The notes under the pieces are model-generated. The model did not search any database and was not told where the DNA came from. It saw nothing but the letters and a program-made list of their open reading frames with translations. DNA of 64,000 nucleotides from positions 37,725 through 101,724 of the forward strand of contig JBHGNT010000080.1 in NCBI GenBank assembly GCA_043228905.1, in the 5' to 3' direction. Within the stretch, counting starts at the first letter, position 1. Each line of letters starts with the position of its first letter. Made by a program: the position numbers and the translations under genes. The stretch comes from Azolla caroliniana (taxonomy: Eukaryota; Plantae; Polypodiophyta). Shown piece after piece: positions 9,549 to 22,671 of this stretch.

Positions 9549-11285
9549 AAGGGGAACCAGGACAGCAGGGTGGTCCACGGGCAGAAACGGAATTGAAACT
9601 CGGCGCAATCAAGCGGGACCACCCACCTACAAGCGAGCCCATCCGTCAAACCTCCGTGCAAGCGCAACAACAATGCACCGGTAGCCTGTGGCTCCAGTGG
9701 ATAGGCGAACAGATTGTCAGAGCAGTGGGGTATATTGAGGCGGAAGAAAGAGCGCAAAGCGAACGGTTGCTCATCACAACCGAACAACTAGAGACGGCCC
9801 GGTCCAGAATCCGGTGCCTTGAAAAAGACTTGGATCAGGTCACGGCAGAAATGGCCAAAATGGCCTTAACGGCAACACAGATTCAATCACTGGTGACTCC
9901 GGTAAGTGCACAGGATAAAGAAACAGACTAATAAGACCCCGGCAACGGAAACCGTTCCAGAGAGAGATGCGGCACAAACCCAAGAGCTTGCGGAATTGAG
10001 AGATGAACTTGTCGCACAAGAAGCGCTAAGGAGCCGTGAACGGGAATTGAAGACAGCGGCCGAAGCAGAATTAAAGAAGACTGCTGAGAACCTTCGTTGG
10101 GCAGAGGAGAGCCTCCGGAAAGGCCATCAAGCGTACGACCTATTAAGGGAGGAAAAAGACAAAGTGTTGCAAGAAAAGGACAAGCTGCAGAAGACGGCGG
10201 AAACGGAAATTGAACGGCTAAAGGAGGAGCTCCGCCAGCAGAAGGACTGCGAGGACCGGGCCCGTCGACAGATCAACGTACGGCTCAAGCAAAAGACGGA
10301 TGATTTTGAGCACCTGCATCGGGACTACAAACGGTTGGAAACAGAGCATAAGGAACGGATGGCCGAGCTCCGGCAGGAAGTTGATCAGGCCGCGACGGCG
10401 CTCGCCGACGAACGAGTGGAAAATACAAGACGGTTGGACGAGGCGGAGAAGGTCCGAATGGAGCTCCAGAGTCAGCAGCAGGAAGAAAGGGAGAGAGCGA
10501 CAACGGTATTGCAAAAATTACAAAGCACATATCAAAGGCAATTGACACATTACAAGGAGCAGGCGGAAGACAACGTCAAAATCATCAAGCAATTGAAGGA
10601 GGAACGGCAAGCTGCGGAGATCAAATCGCAGATGGGAACGAGCCGGATTTAGTGCATCCTCAGGGCATGGCTAAATCAGACAAAACGCTTGATTGACGAA
10701 AGCTCCGTAAGATGGTGGACAAAGTGGGCACAAAATACGGCGAAACTCCAATTGCTACGGGCAGACGTGGTAAACCGGCGGAAGGAAGGAGATGATTGTT
10801 ACACGTTGACTTTCGAGGACTTCACCGCCATACGGGACGAGCTGGCTGAAGACTTCCAAGTCCTGGCGGATGAACAGCTAATGCAGGTCCGGCAACTTGT
10901 AGCTCAGCTAGAAGATGATAGGCTGGACGCTCAAATCCAGTTTGAGAGCTACGAGCGGTCCCGGGTTCGGGAAGAAAAAGCACGGGAAGCGGCAACGGTT
11001 AACCTTAGTGATGAGGAACCGTCACCGGCCGAGGGCCAGGCCAGAACCAGTCAACCGGAGACCACTACGACGGAGGGAGCAACGACGGAAACGCTGGTGT
11101 CAGAGCAACAAACGGAGGAGCAGCCGTAGCAGTCACCAACGGACCAGTCGCAGCAGCCATCAACGGAGCAGCAACAACAACAGCAACAACCACAACAACA
11201 ACAACAACAACAACAACAACCAATTCCAGATGAACCATTGGAGACTCTCGAACAAAGCATTCTGGATATTTTGGACGAAGAATAG
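9549..11285 (+). pseudogene. Frameshifted coiled-coil ORF, probably an accessory 3' ORF of a third retroelement (element C)
   Basis: ORF pieces ending at 9931, 9906-10652 and 10689-11129 are E/K/Q/R-rich with coiled-coil character; intronless; followed by a candidate LTR. No recognisable cellular family. Confidence 0.55.
11170..11223 (+). repeat. (CAA/CAG)n microsatellite
   Basis: Direct inspection. Confidence 0.9.
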
Positions 11286-11405
11286 CAAGGGTCGGATGGT
11301 GGATTCGACGTACAAGGTACTGTCCCACGGGCGTGCCATGTGTTACCGGCTGGCAAAGGAGTCCAGAGTGTGAAACGAAGGAGTTATTTAATTATTAGGA
11401 ATGGT

Positions 11406-11626
11406 TGTAAGTAAGCTATTAGTGTGGGCGGACGGATCGGAATCGGTATGCCGTTCCGTATCCGCACCGATCCCGAACAGGTGCGGATGGCACTGTTTTG
11501 TACTACAAACCGGAAACCTATTTAAAGGCCCGGATACAATGTAATGGGCAGCGGATAATTAATGAAGCTTAGTGTTTTTATCTCTCTGTGTTAATTGCCG
11601 TTCTGCATTCATTGTTATATCTTACA
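11406..11626 (+). repeat. Candidate short 3' LTR of element C
   Basis: TGTAAG...CTTACA inverted termini, internal CCTATTTAAAGG TATA-like box; the partner LTR is not in the window. Confidence 0.45.
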
Positions 11627-13974
11627 CATGTGATTATTAAGGACGATCTTACTAAGTAACCTAATTAAGTCGGATTAATCGTTGAGCCTAGTCCTCTTGC
11701 CGTAATACCCCTTTGGTGAAGTGTCTTCCGTAGACACCCTGTGTTAGGCCATTGTCCGGCCCTAAGAGTTAACAGTCGGGGTCTCGGTGGTATACTCAAC
11801 TCACCTTCATCGGAAGCTCTAAACCTCATTTGTTCTTATTTCTTAAATTTGGCCATTAACATGTGTTGGCATAAAAGACCAACTTCACCCTATTTGTATC
11901 CTTGGTGTGAACATGCTACCCAGTTAGGGCTTGAGCATATATAAGCCCAACTAAGAGGTTATAGAAAGGAGAGAAGGAGTTTTCAGAGAGAATAATACAA
12001 TCTTCCATTAGAGCTTAACAACGTGCTTCTTGTTTCTCGCTTCACGCCTACCGTGTATAATTTGTTTCTCTAGTTTATCTATGTTGTTTGCATGACACTA
12101 ACTACAAGTCCTCAACATTCTTTTGTTGCACATCTCATATTTCCCACAACCTTGTAAAAGTCATCAACTTTTGGTGAAACCGTTTTGTTGTAAGAAAGAA
12201 ACAATTCTCTATAAAAACCTTTATTTCGAGCCATTACCATGTCATAGCATTAGTCAAGTGCCTTAGTGGTAGTTGTGCATGATGCTAATAATGTATTAAT
12301 TGCCCTTCGTCGTTGTATGTGAGTGTGAGGAGGGCTAAGAGGTTGATGGAGGATGAGCCTTGCCATTCTTCGTTCTCCTCAAGAGTGTTCGTCTTGTTTA
12401 TTCACCTCCTTTGCTTGCTTTTTCCGTTTGCATCCTTTGTTTGTGTCCTTCGTTCATGACATCTATGTTTGTGTCTTATGTTTGTTCGCATCTTTCCCTA
12501 CGTTTGTCTCTCAAGCGTTCTCTCCACCTCGACCTTTGTGCACTAATAATATATATAAAGGGGATTCACATAAGGATATCTAAAAAGTGGTAAGAAGAAT
12601 CTTCTCTCACACCATCACGTCCTCCATGGTCCAGAACAACAATGGTTTCGCTTCAGTAGCACACGCATTTACTCAACAATGTGAGTCTTTATTGTATTCT
12701 AGAATGTGGTTATCCATTCGGAAAGTGCTACCTCAATGTTGTGCATTATGAATTCAGTTTGGTCACCCTTTGTTAGTTGTGATGTCCACAACTCAATTTC
12801 TTCCTTGATGGCCTTGAGTTCTTATATAAGCTCTTGATAATGTCGGTTAAGATTATGTTGATCCATTAGGATGCTCACTTGCTTAGGTGTGACTTTGAGA
12901 GGTGTGTAGATTGGGGGATTTGGGGCTAGCATTGACTAATTAAATTGAACTAACTAACAAATAGAAAATCCCTCACCTTCTTGGTAACTTCTGGCATTAG
13001 GGAAACTTACCCCGTGAGCTTACACAAAGCTCATTTGTAGTTGCGATCATCGGTCTATCCCTGGCAGTGACATCAAATAGATGTGTAACTTCTGTGTATG
13101 TCCACCTAAACAATTCTATAGATTGATGGAGTTATGCCTCTTGTCAATATCGTTGTGCCTAGGGGTTTTACCGACATATGCCCTATTGGCGGCAAACCAG
13201 GCAAGGGTGATTGTTGAATCCCCTTGAACTACGAGTTTACTTAACCTCAATGATTAATGCTTATACGTACTCTCTTTTCCTCTCATTTTACTCTCTATTG
13301 CACATGGTAATAGATGTAAAGACAAACAAGGCACACAAAGGAATACCCAATTTCTTATTACCAAAGAGGTTTAGGACCATACAAGAGGGGAGATATAAGG
13401 TTTGGCTCGACTAGCTCTTAACCCTAGTCACATTTAGCTCTAATAGAAGATTAGGGAGGTACAATGAAATCTATAATACACTAAAGGAAAAGAGAAATAC
13501 TTAAGATTGGGGTAGATCTACGAAAGTCACCAAAATGTGGATTTTATAGCTTTTTACAAGGTTAATGGGTTCCTTTCATTCTAGGTTGCCCATTGGCTAC
13601 AATGCTTCCTATTTGGGTTACTCTATCCCCATTTTCCTATGGTTTGTTTAGCTCAATGCATCCTATTGGTGCCTTGGTCTCCACAACTGGTGTCTTGGGT
13701 CCCAAATACTTAACAATCATGTCAAAAAATTTGGGGTCTTAGTCTCCAGTTTGAACGTACTCCTCATCCAACCTTCTTCTCCTCCAACAATTGGATAGGG
13801 AATAAAATAATAATATGAATTTGTAGGCCTAATCCACCACATAGATAGTAATTATGTAAGGCAAGATTCAAACCTTGCACCTATAGAGTTAAAATCATTA
13901 TATTTGCCAATAAGGCAATTACTATTAAATATTAAATAAAATTATAAAAACACTAAGACAAAAACCCTCTAGGC

Positions 13975-15721
13975 GGGTCTTATTTATCCCCTCTCACAAT
14001 CAAAAGCCCTACTCTCCAAATTTGTGGTGTGAGGACTCCAACCAGGGAATGTCTGTTAGAAAATGTTATTGTGGTTACGCCTCACTTACTTTAGGCCACG
14101 AAAAGGGACCAACTGCCCCCCCCCCCCCCCCCAAACTAGATGGATTCTAAACATGGATCTCAAAAATAGTTTCTCCCGCCAACTAGAGGATATATTTAGT
14201 GCATCCATGTGGAAGGCGTGGTGTGACATTAGACGAGGACTCAAGTGTGATCAACCCAATTCCGAACCTGCCTGGCTTAGTCAACGTATCCTTTGGAACC
14301 CATGTATTAGGGATGAATCTAATCAACCAGTTGGATCAAATAAGGGGTTGTCATGGGGATACATTTTGGAAGATCCAGGAAAAAGTATAAAATGTTGGAG
14401 ACGGTTTATGTCATTGCCAATACAAGACCAGGCCAACATCCTCCATGGAATCAGGGGCAGATGGGCTATGAGATCTGAAATCATTAATGCTCTACTGATT
14501 AGGGAAGCTACTCATCAAAGGACGACAACGGAGAAATGGATAGGCTACAAGGAGGAGGGCTCTTTGCTCCCAAGAGGTAGGGACATACCGGACAAGATCG
14601 AAGGCTCTGAACTGCAAGACAACAAGGCATCAACACAGCGTAGTGTAATTCAAGTACTAGCATTTACTGGGCATAAATGGATTGTAGATCCTGATCCAAT
14701 CAAAGTACAACTAGATTGGCACATATGTATTCATGAAAACACATGGCTACGTAAGGTCAGTTGGGACCCTTTGCAATGGACATGTTGTGCTCCTTACGCG
14801 GGGCAAGGAAGCAAACCTATCCCTTTCTTTCAATTCACAACTAGATTGGGTCGCCATATTATAGCCGCTTAATCTGCCCGAGATCCGACTGTTGCAAAGG
14901 TCTGGAAAACATATCATGTTCCTACCACAATTATCACCAAGTTTTGGCAGAAACTCTGGAAACAACAACACGTGAGGCAGAAACTCTAGAAACAACAACA
15001 CGTGAGGCGAATCACCACTTTCCAATGGCTATTAATACATAAGTCACTACCGGTTGGTGCATGGCAGCGTGGGAACGTCAACTCTCCTAATTGTGTAGCG
15101 TGTCCAACTGTAGTAGAATCAATACGACACACTCTATGGGACTGCCCAAAGTCCCATCGAATATGGCGGGGGTTGGCCGCTTATTGCAATTATGCCAGGT
15201 GCAAGGCTCAATCAAGTGGGGGAATGTATGTTGGCTATCATGGCAGGCCCTAGTTGACAGATATGAGCATCAAGAAGAAGGGATGCCTTTGGTTATAAAA
15301 GCACAATAAGTTTTTTTCTCCACCATCGACAATGTCCACTCAACTCCTATCAATGCCAAATCTCAAGTTGTGCTGGAATTGGTTAGCCCAATAACTCTTT
15401 GGATTCTATGGAAACAACGGTGTAGACGAGTCTTCTCCAACCAAACCGTGCAACCAATAGTGTTAATGCAAGAGATATGGAGTGAAGTGGTAGCCACTCT
15501 AAAGAGCCAATATGATGGCCTCAAGGGTGACTTTGATGGAGTTGAAAGACAACGATTAGCCTTCATCCAACAATGGTCCCCCTCCCCCTTTTATTGAGTC
15601 GGTGGGCATCCACATAAGATGGACCTATTGTGTCCCTACAGGGATTTGTATATACTAATCTCATTTGTAAAATTTTATAACTAATGGAAGGAGATTTTTT
15701 TTTGAAAAAAAAAAAAAAAAA
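13975..15721 (+). mobile_element. 5'-truncated L1/Tx1-like LINE (degenerate ORF2 C-terminus)
   Basis: Zinc finger CVAC...ESIRHTLWDCP, ITLWILWKQRCRRVF motif, poly(A) 15705-15721, TSD AAAACCC(C)TCTAGGC at 13961-13974 and 15718-15732. Confidence 0.85.
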
Positions 15722-17789
15722 CCCCTCTAGGCACTAAACCAAATATCCACAGGTGGCTTGAACCCCCCAACACAACAATCCGAGTCTCCAACCCATCCTC
15801 CATGGTTCAAGTTCCTGGCGGTCCCACCCACATGTGTAACTTCACAATAATGCCTTGATGTTAGTCGTACAGACTAGAAAATCACATGTGGAAATAAATA
15901 GTTTTAGGAGTCTTGTGTGTTGTGTATGTGTGTGCATAATTAAATCTAGAAAAGAATGTCCTCATACAAGCGTGGAAAACAATCATAACCCAAAATAAAA
16001 GCCCCCAAACATGTGAACAGTGGTTGTGTGAATAGTAGGTCTCGTACTTTTATGTAGATATATATATATGTGGATATATAGATACATATACATATATATG
16101 TATATATTCAACCTAGAAAAGGCACTAGCATGAGTTACAAATATGTATATACAAATACATATATGCATGTGTGTGTGTCAATCGTATTCGATTGGAATAA
16201 AAGCACACCCACATATCTATATGAGTAGATGTGTATATATAAATATTTCATAATTGATCAGAACAAAACGCACATGCCATATAGCTATAAAGTATCATGA
16301 TTCATGAGCTAGGTATAGATTCATCTCGAAAAAGCGAACCCCCCTAAAAAAAGACTCCATATACGTAGGTATATATAGAGAAGGCCATATATAGAGAAAA
16401 AACACTCCATATGTGAATTGTGGGTGCCAATATTCATCCAAAAAAGAAACACCTATATATGTATGTATATAGAGAAAGGAATGACTACAGAAAAGATGTT
16501 AAAAAGGGGGTGTGCGTGAACTACCCTAGAGCACACGTGCCCCTTAAAGAAACTAGGGAATACACCCAATGATATGTTTACCAAAATTTAAACCCTATGC
16601 TAGGGTAATGTAGTGTGGCCAACAACCATGGTAGTGACACCCTATAAAAGTGTTTCCATGGTCGCGTAGGGAAGGGTGCCATCTGTTTGCTTGGCAACAA
16701 TGCCACCCGTTTGCTCCACTTGTGTAGTTAAATCTCTTTTGAATTTTTGTTAAGTTGTGTTCAAATCTTCATATTGTTGAGCCCTAACTCGACATCCATT
16801 AGTGTTTATGTTGGATATGGGTAACCACCAAAGAATATTATGTGTTGATGACAATGTTTTTAACCAACCTCGTTTGAAGAGATCATTACACCTTCTTCTT
16901 CATGATTTTAATCATAACCATGCCTCCTTGAGAAAACACCCAATAGCATGAACTTTAATAAATCAACATGAAAAATTAAAACAGGGCTTTGCTACACACT
17001 AGCAAGTAAAATATACTTTCTAGAGCCAAACCTCCAACTTCCAAGTGAATAAATATTAAGTATTACCACCAGCATTAAAACATCTAGAAGTATGGAATTG
17101 TAACTATATATGCAAACTATAATATAAGGTAAGATAAATTATTCTTCGATATGGATGAAAATAACATTGATTTGTTGTGGATGTTTTAGACAATTTTTGT
17201 ATAATATTAATTTTGAACCAACTAGGTCATGTCATCTAACCATCAAGCAAAAGCACATAGAATAAACAAGAGGAAACATAACTTCACTTACATTACCGAC
17301 AAACTAATAAGAGAAGAGAGAATGAGTTGAAAGTAACAAGACAATAGAAGTCTTCATATGGTGTAATTGTTTATGTGACTTGAATATACAATAGATATAC
17401 AATTATTCTTGATTAATTGGATAAAATAATCGGTGCACATTATGATGATATGCTTTGGGTATTAGTTTATGAAGTTATGTACGCATAGAAATTAATTGTA
17501 GAATTGATTTTTTGACACGACAAGGTTTCGTCATCTATCATACCAAAAGCACTAAGAATAAACAAAGGTTCACGTGGTTGAAAATGTTGTATATTTTTGC
17601 CATACGGATTAGTAATACTAAGAAATTAATTAAAGATTGAAGTCATTACCTTGATGATGGAAGAGGAGGCAAAAAATAAGGAAAGCTTCAATCAAATGAC
17701 AAGAATATTGATATACGAGGGAGGAATTCATGACCAAATCAACCAATTTAGGAATCAAGATGAAATTTTAAAAATAGAATTTACAAAAG

Positions 17790-19190
17790 GATTAGAATTA
17801 GAATTAGAATTTTTTATCGTCCATAAAGAGGCCAAATTTGACCTATGGGACCAAAGTATACATGTGTTCTTGAAATGTGTCTCCTTCCTAAGAAGCACAA
17901 AGTCTCTATGTGTGAATAAAGCATACACATATGAGCTCAACCTTCTCGGTGGTGTCTTAAGTATGACACTTAGTTATCACTCCCTCTTAGTATGTCAGCA
18001 TATCTTGAACAAATTGCACTATATGTCGAGCATGTGAAGAGCAAGTGACATTCATCCTCTACCATGCCTTCGTTGCATACTTTGTATGTCTTCAAATTAG
18101 TTAAATTTTGATACCATGATGCAACTTCAATACCTAACTTGTGAGATTGAGTGCGAAGTAGTGTAAGGGCTCTACGAGCATTACTACTCGTATTGGTAAT
18201 GAGATAAGGTTGGATACGATCAATAGGCATTCTTGCTTTATATTGAGACCAACATTGAGGGAGCATCTTCCCACATCATCCTTAATGATTCCATCAACCT
18301 TTCCTCAATCATTACATACTGCATAACATTGCCCGAAAGCTCTAAAAGATCATCCAAACCCATCTTCTAAACCATTTCCTTATGTCAACAACCCAACCTA
18401 ATGAGAGAATCTTACTTTTATGATTCTTTTGTAGCTTACATCCAACATTCCAAGCAAGATGTGGTAATTGATGATTCGACATATTCTTGACTTTTGTAAT
18501 GAATTTATATACTTTTTGGAGTGCCAATAGTTCTATGAGTCGAACACTTGTTTCCAAGAGCATAACTTGGCAAGAGGTAGTGCATTTAACTTCTATTTGC
18601 CTCCTTAAAAACATCTTTTGAATTTTCTCAATCTCATTCTATGCACTGAGAGAGATTGTGCCACTCCATACTTCTATTCCATAAAGCAATACTTGAGTTA
18701 CCATGACATTGAACAACATTAGTTTTACTTCCCATCCACAAGTATCACTCTGGTTGCATTGGTTCTCCAAAAGGTAATACGATTTCCAACCGGTTCAGAG
18801 CCTAGAACCAAAGCATGCACTCCATTTATTTGTGGCAGGTACATCAATACCAAGATATTTAAAGCTTTGAACAAATTGTATATGTTCATCGCTATATGTG
18901 AGATAGGGTAATGATGAGGTTGGATGGTTTGCACTACCATCATTTTTGTTTTCTCCACATTGACTGCTAGTCCACTACTATGGCAAAATTCTTTGAATAC
19001 CCCAAGTAAATTTTGCATATTATCAACATCATATGAGAAGAGTACCACATCATCAACATATAGAAGCAATAAGATAACATGTTGCATCAATTTGGGAGCA
19101 TTCAATCCTTCTTCCCTTGCAATCTATTTACCACTTCTTCTAATTTATCAATACATAAGCCAAAAAGTGTGGGTGGAAAGACATCAAAAC
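17790..19190 (-). mobile_element. Degenerate RTE/RTE-X-like non-LTR retrotransposon fragment
   Basis: LLLYVDDVVLFS...LAVNVEKTKMMV RT core; C-terminal LRTQSHKLGIE...VCNEGMVEDECHLLFTC; (TTCTAA)n tail on the minus strand; many stops and frameshifts. Confidence 0.75.
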
Positions 19191-19879
19191 GTCGATAAAA
19201 GGTAGAAGTTGTAACTTGTGACTTACCAATAAATTCCCTTGGAAGTGAGAAGAAACCAAATCAATCAAATGAAAAAGTATAAGTGGGGGAATATTAAAAT
19301 CATTCATTTTCTAGTAAAAAACCAATCAAGAAAGAAAGAAAATAGAGTTTCATTACTTTTACTAAACAAGGCAAAAGGAAAATAAAGGTTCCTTGGTTTT
19401 CGCTAGAGAAATTAACTACACAATGAGAAGAAGGAATTATTTTAGAACATTGCCACCAATTGCATAAAGTACATTAACATAACATCAATGCAAGCATCTT
19501 GTTAAAAATAGCGAAATCATAGATGTGAATCAAACATCTCATTAAAAATCATGGATTATAACACAAATAAGAGTTTATGTACATTTTCCAAATAGCATGT
19601 GTCTTGGCATGCATGGAATTCATTTTGGTTATGAATGTAATGCAAAATAAGAGGAAACCTGTGTATGCTTTTTGGATGTAAGCCACTTATTCGAGGATAA
19701 GTTATTACCACTAGACATTGGGTGATTTCTTGTCGAAGCTACAAATTTGGTTGCTATTATCTATATGCTATCATACTAGGGCTAAGTGGTGACCTAGATG
19801 AGATTCTTGAAATTAACAATAAAGTTGGATGCGTTCATATGGAGGGTACAATATAACAAAGAATATTCTATTGAAAGAT

Positions 19880-20800
19880 AATATTTTAATGATCAACACT
19901 CCCCCTTGAGAGAGAATACTTGAAATTTACATTACCTCAACATCATGCAACAACATGCCTCGAGTCTTTGTCAATTTAACTACCCAAAGTTGAAGATTGT
20001 GTAGATCACATTTGTACCATCAATCATTACACGAACATTCATTCTTCAAAATGGAAGTCGTGACTCGTACATCATTGGGAAAAAGGGGCCACTAGTATAT
20101 TAGTGGGGGTGCCATATATAATATCCTCCTTAATCTCCTTTAAAGACTCAACACTGAGTTTGTTATGATGAGTTGACTTATATGCTTCTCGAGTATCTCA
20201 ACGATAATGCTTGCTCAAGTCTCCAATGTAAAACATTACGAGATCTCTAATATTGAATCTTGATTAAATTGTGGTATATTTTTGGCAATGGCCTTCCAAA
20301 TGTGTGCTAACATGCCTACATTGAAATGTATAGGATAGGTGTGTTGAAAAGACATAAATGCAGAAACCAATAACGCATCTGCTCCTATGCCAGAGACATT
20401 GTTTTGTTATCAAATGAGGCAACCCATCTAATTATTGTTAAATGTTTGTCACTTTAACATGCAACGCATTCAATTTGACCAATTAAGGCTCATCGTGACT
20501 ATTTTTTCACACAATACAATGAATATACCATTTCTTTTCGTGTTGAAAGCAATTTCCACTCGTCTTTTATTTTGGTTATCCATCCTTTCAACAACATGCC
20601 TAGCAATTATGTGTTCAGTTCTTCGGTTTCATCAATTCCATACTTTGTCCACTAGCATGTCATGATTTCCTCATGGTTAGAATGATGATCTTACTCTTGT
20701 TTGTCTTTGCATCGAATCCCCATAAATGAGTGCAAAGCTATTATTGGCAAATTTAGCATTGTCTTATCTAAATCACCTTAACTTGCCAGCTTATGAAATG
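19880..20800 (-). mobile_element. Highly decayed Copia-like relic
   Basis: AAGGGGGAGTGTT PPT/LTR-start signature near 19895-19907 on the minus strand; no intact ORF; boundaries uncertain. Confidence 0.3.
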
Positions 20801-21991
20801 TAACAAACACATGGTGTGTCTATATTTTGTTTCCTTTATAAGAAAATTTGCAAGTTCCTACTATAAAAAGTAGTATCATTCTCCATTTCAAGGGAAGCTA
20901 TTGTTGTGTACTATCCGGTATGAATTCTCATCTTATAACCAACCCATAATGAAATTGGCAATACATTTGCTATTTGAATGCCAAAAACTCTCCATATGTC
21001 TATCGATGACACATAATGGTTGATCATGAACGATAATGCAAAGTATTTTTTGTGTTAAACCTAGGGGCGCCATGTTGTGGTGGTTCCACGAGGAGCAAGT
21101 TGTGATAATGCACAATATCACATAGGGGCAATGGATAATATCAAGGATGGTTAATTATATTACACCAAATGTGGTACATGTGTGTGATTTTTGCAATGTC
21201 AATGTTTTGATGCACCTGAAAATATAGATTTTGTTTGCCCAACTTTCTCAAGGGTGTTGCATATCCTCCTCCATATGACGGTGAGAACCAAGGGTGTGCA
21301 TTTCCTTGCAATAAATAAGTAGAGGACAATCCTTCTTAGTCAAGATAAAAAGTTAATGGATATTTTGCCGGAACAAGTATGTGTATCTGTGACATAATCC
21401 AACACGATAGCCAACATATGACCTTACCCTAAGATGAGTGGACTGAAAGGGTGGATGTTAACTCGTGGACGAACTAATTTTTTTGGGTACATGGAGATGC
21501 ATAGGATGGATGACCTCCTGTTAACTACTGACTGATGCATAAACGATGGCATAGTTGGGATGCGAAGTCTATATTCTTCTTTCATGATGAATTCATATTG
21601 TTTGATGCCAAATTTGCATACCAAATGTCCTTGTGACTATTGTTGAAACGAGGAAGATATTCCATAAACCACGAAATGGTCTACGTATATGTGGAGCTAG
21701 GAGTTGATCGATGACGATATCGTAACGTGGCGGTACGTAAATGTTCGTGTCGGATCGGTTCATATCAATGTGCATTGAGGAGGGAGTTGGCGCAAAAAAG
21801 GTTGTAGGGTGTGTGTCCATTTAGGACGATGGGTGTATGTTTTAGCTGTTCATTTTGGGTGGAGGTGTGATCCTCGAACTTGTTGGATTTGTTGTTGTTC
21901 TTGTTAGTTGGCAATTTATGGCAGATTAGGAAACATGCATGTACATACATATCCGTATGTATGTATGTAGATGGATAGATAGATATCTATT

Positions 21992-21992
<1 letters not shown>

Positions 21993-22026
<34 letters not shown>

Positions 22027-22176
22027 ACGATGATGACGGAATGAAAAGCATGATCGGCATAATGAAAACCGAAAAGCAGATCACATGGATACCATGAGAC
22101 AGAGACAGAGACAGAGAGAGCAAAAAAGGGCAAAAAACAAAAAGAAAGCAAAAGGTGAGGGACCCGAGGGGGAGGG

Positions 22177-22227
<51 letters not shown>

Positions 22228-22250
22228 CTCTCTCTCTCTCTCTCTCTCTA
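21993..22250. repeat. (AG)n and (CA)n(CT)n microsatellites upstream of the AHP gene
   Basis: Direct inspection. Confidence 0.9.
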
Positions 22251-22473
22251 GGCTGTGCTAGCAGTAGCAGTCTTGTCTCTGTCTATTTAAATCCTCGTCT
22301 CTCGCTCTCTTTCTTCTGTCTGTCTGTCTGTCTCTGGAGAGAGAGAGAGAGGCCTTTCTCTCTTTCTTTCTTCTAAATTCTCCAACCAAAATTGCTTTGC
22401 TTACTTGGGTCAACAGAATCTCTGGCCTGCTCACCCGATCCTCACCTTTACTTACTCTACTACTTACTACCCA

Positions 22474-22504
<31 letters not shown>

Positions 22505-22671
22505 CAAGCACTACCCAGAAGGAACACTCAAACACAGACAGTGTGTGTGAGAGAGACAGAGACAGAGGCTATGGTGTATCTTCTTCAAGCTCTCCGGTTC
22601 CTCTTTTCTTTTATTTTATTGAGCTTTTCCGCCTGTCATACTTTTTCCTCTGTTGGGTGGATTCAGCAACG

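Noticed and set aside
10915-11373. Poly-Asn, poly-Cys and poly-Val ORFs
   Set aside because: Alternative-frame readings of the (CAA)n microsatellite.
11630-13800. Probable old retroelement debris
   Set aside because: No intact ORF, termini or diagnostic motif, so it was left unannotated.
20900-21950. Possible decayed coding or transposon sequence
   Set aside because: No motif I can recognise with confidence.
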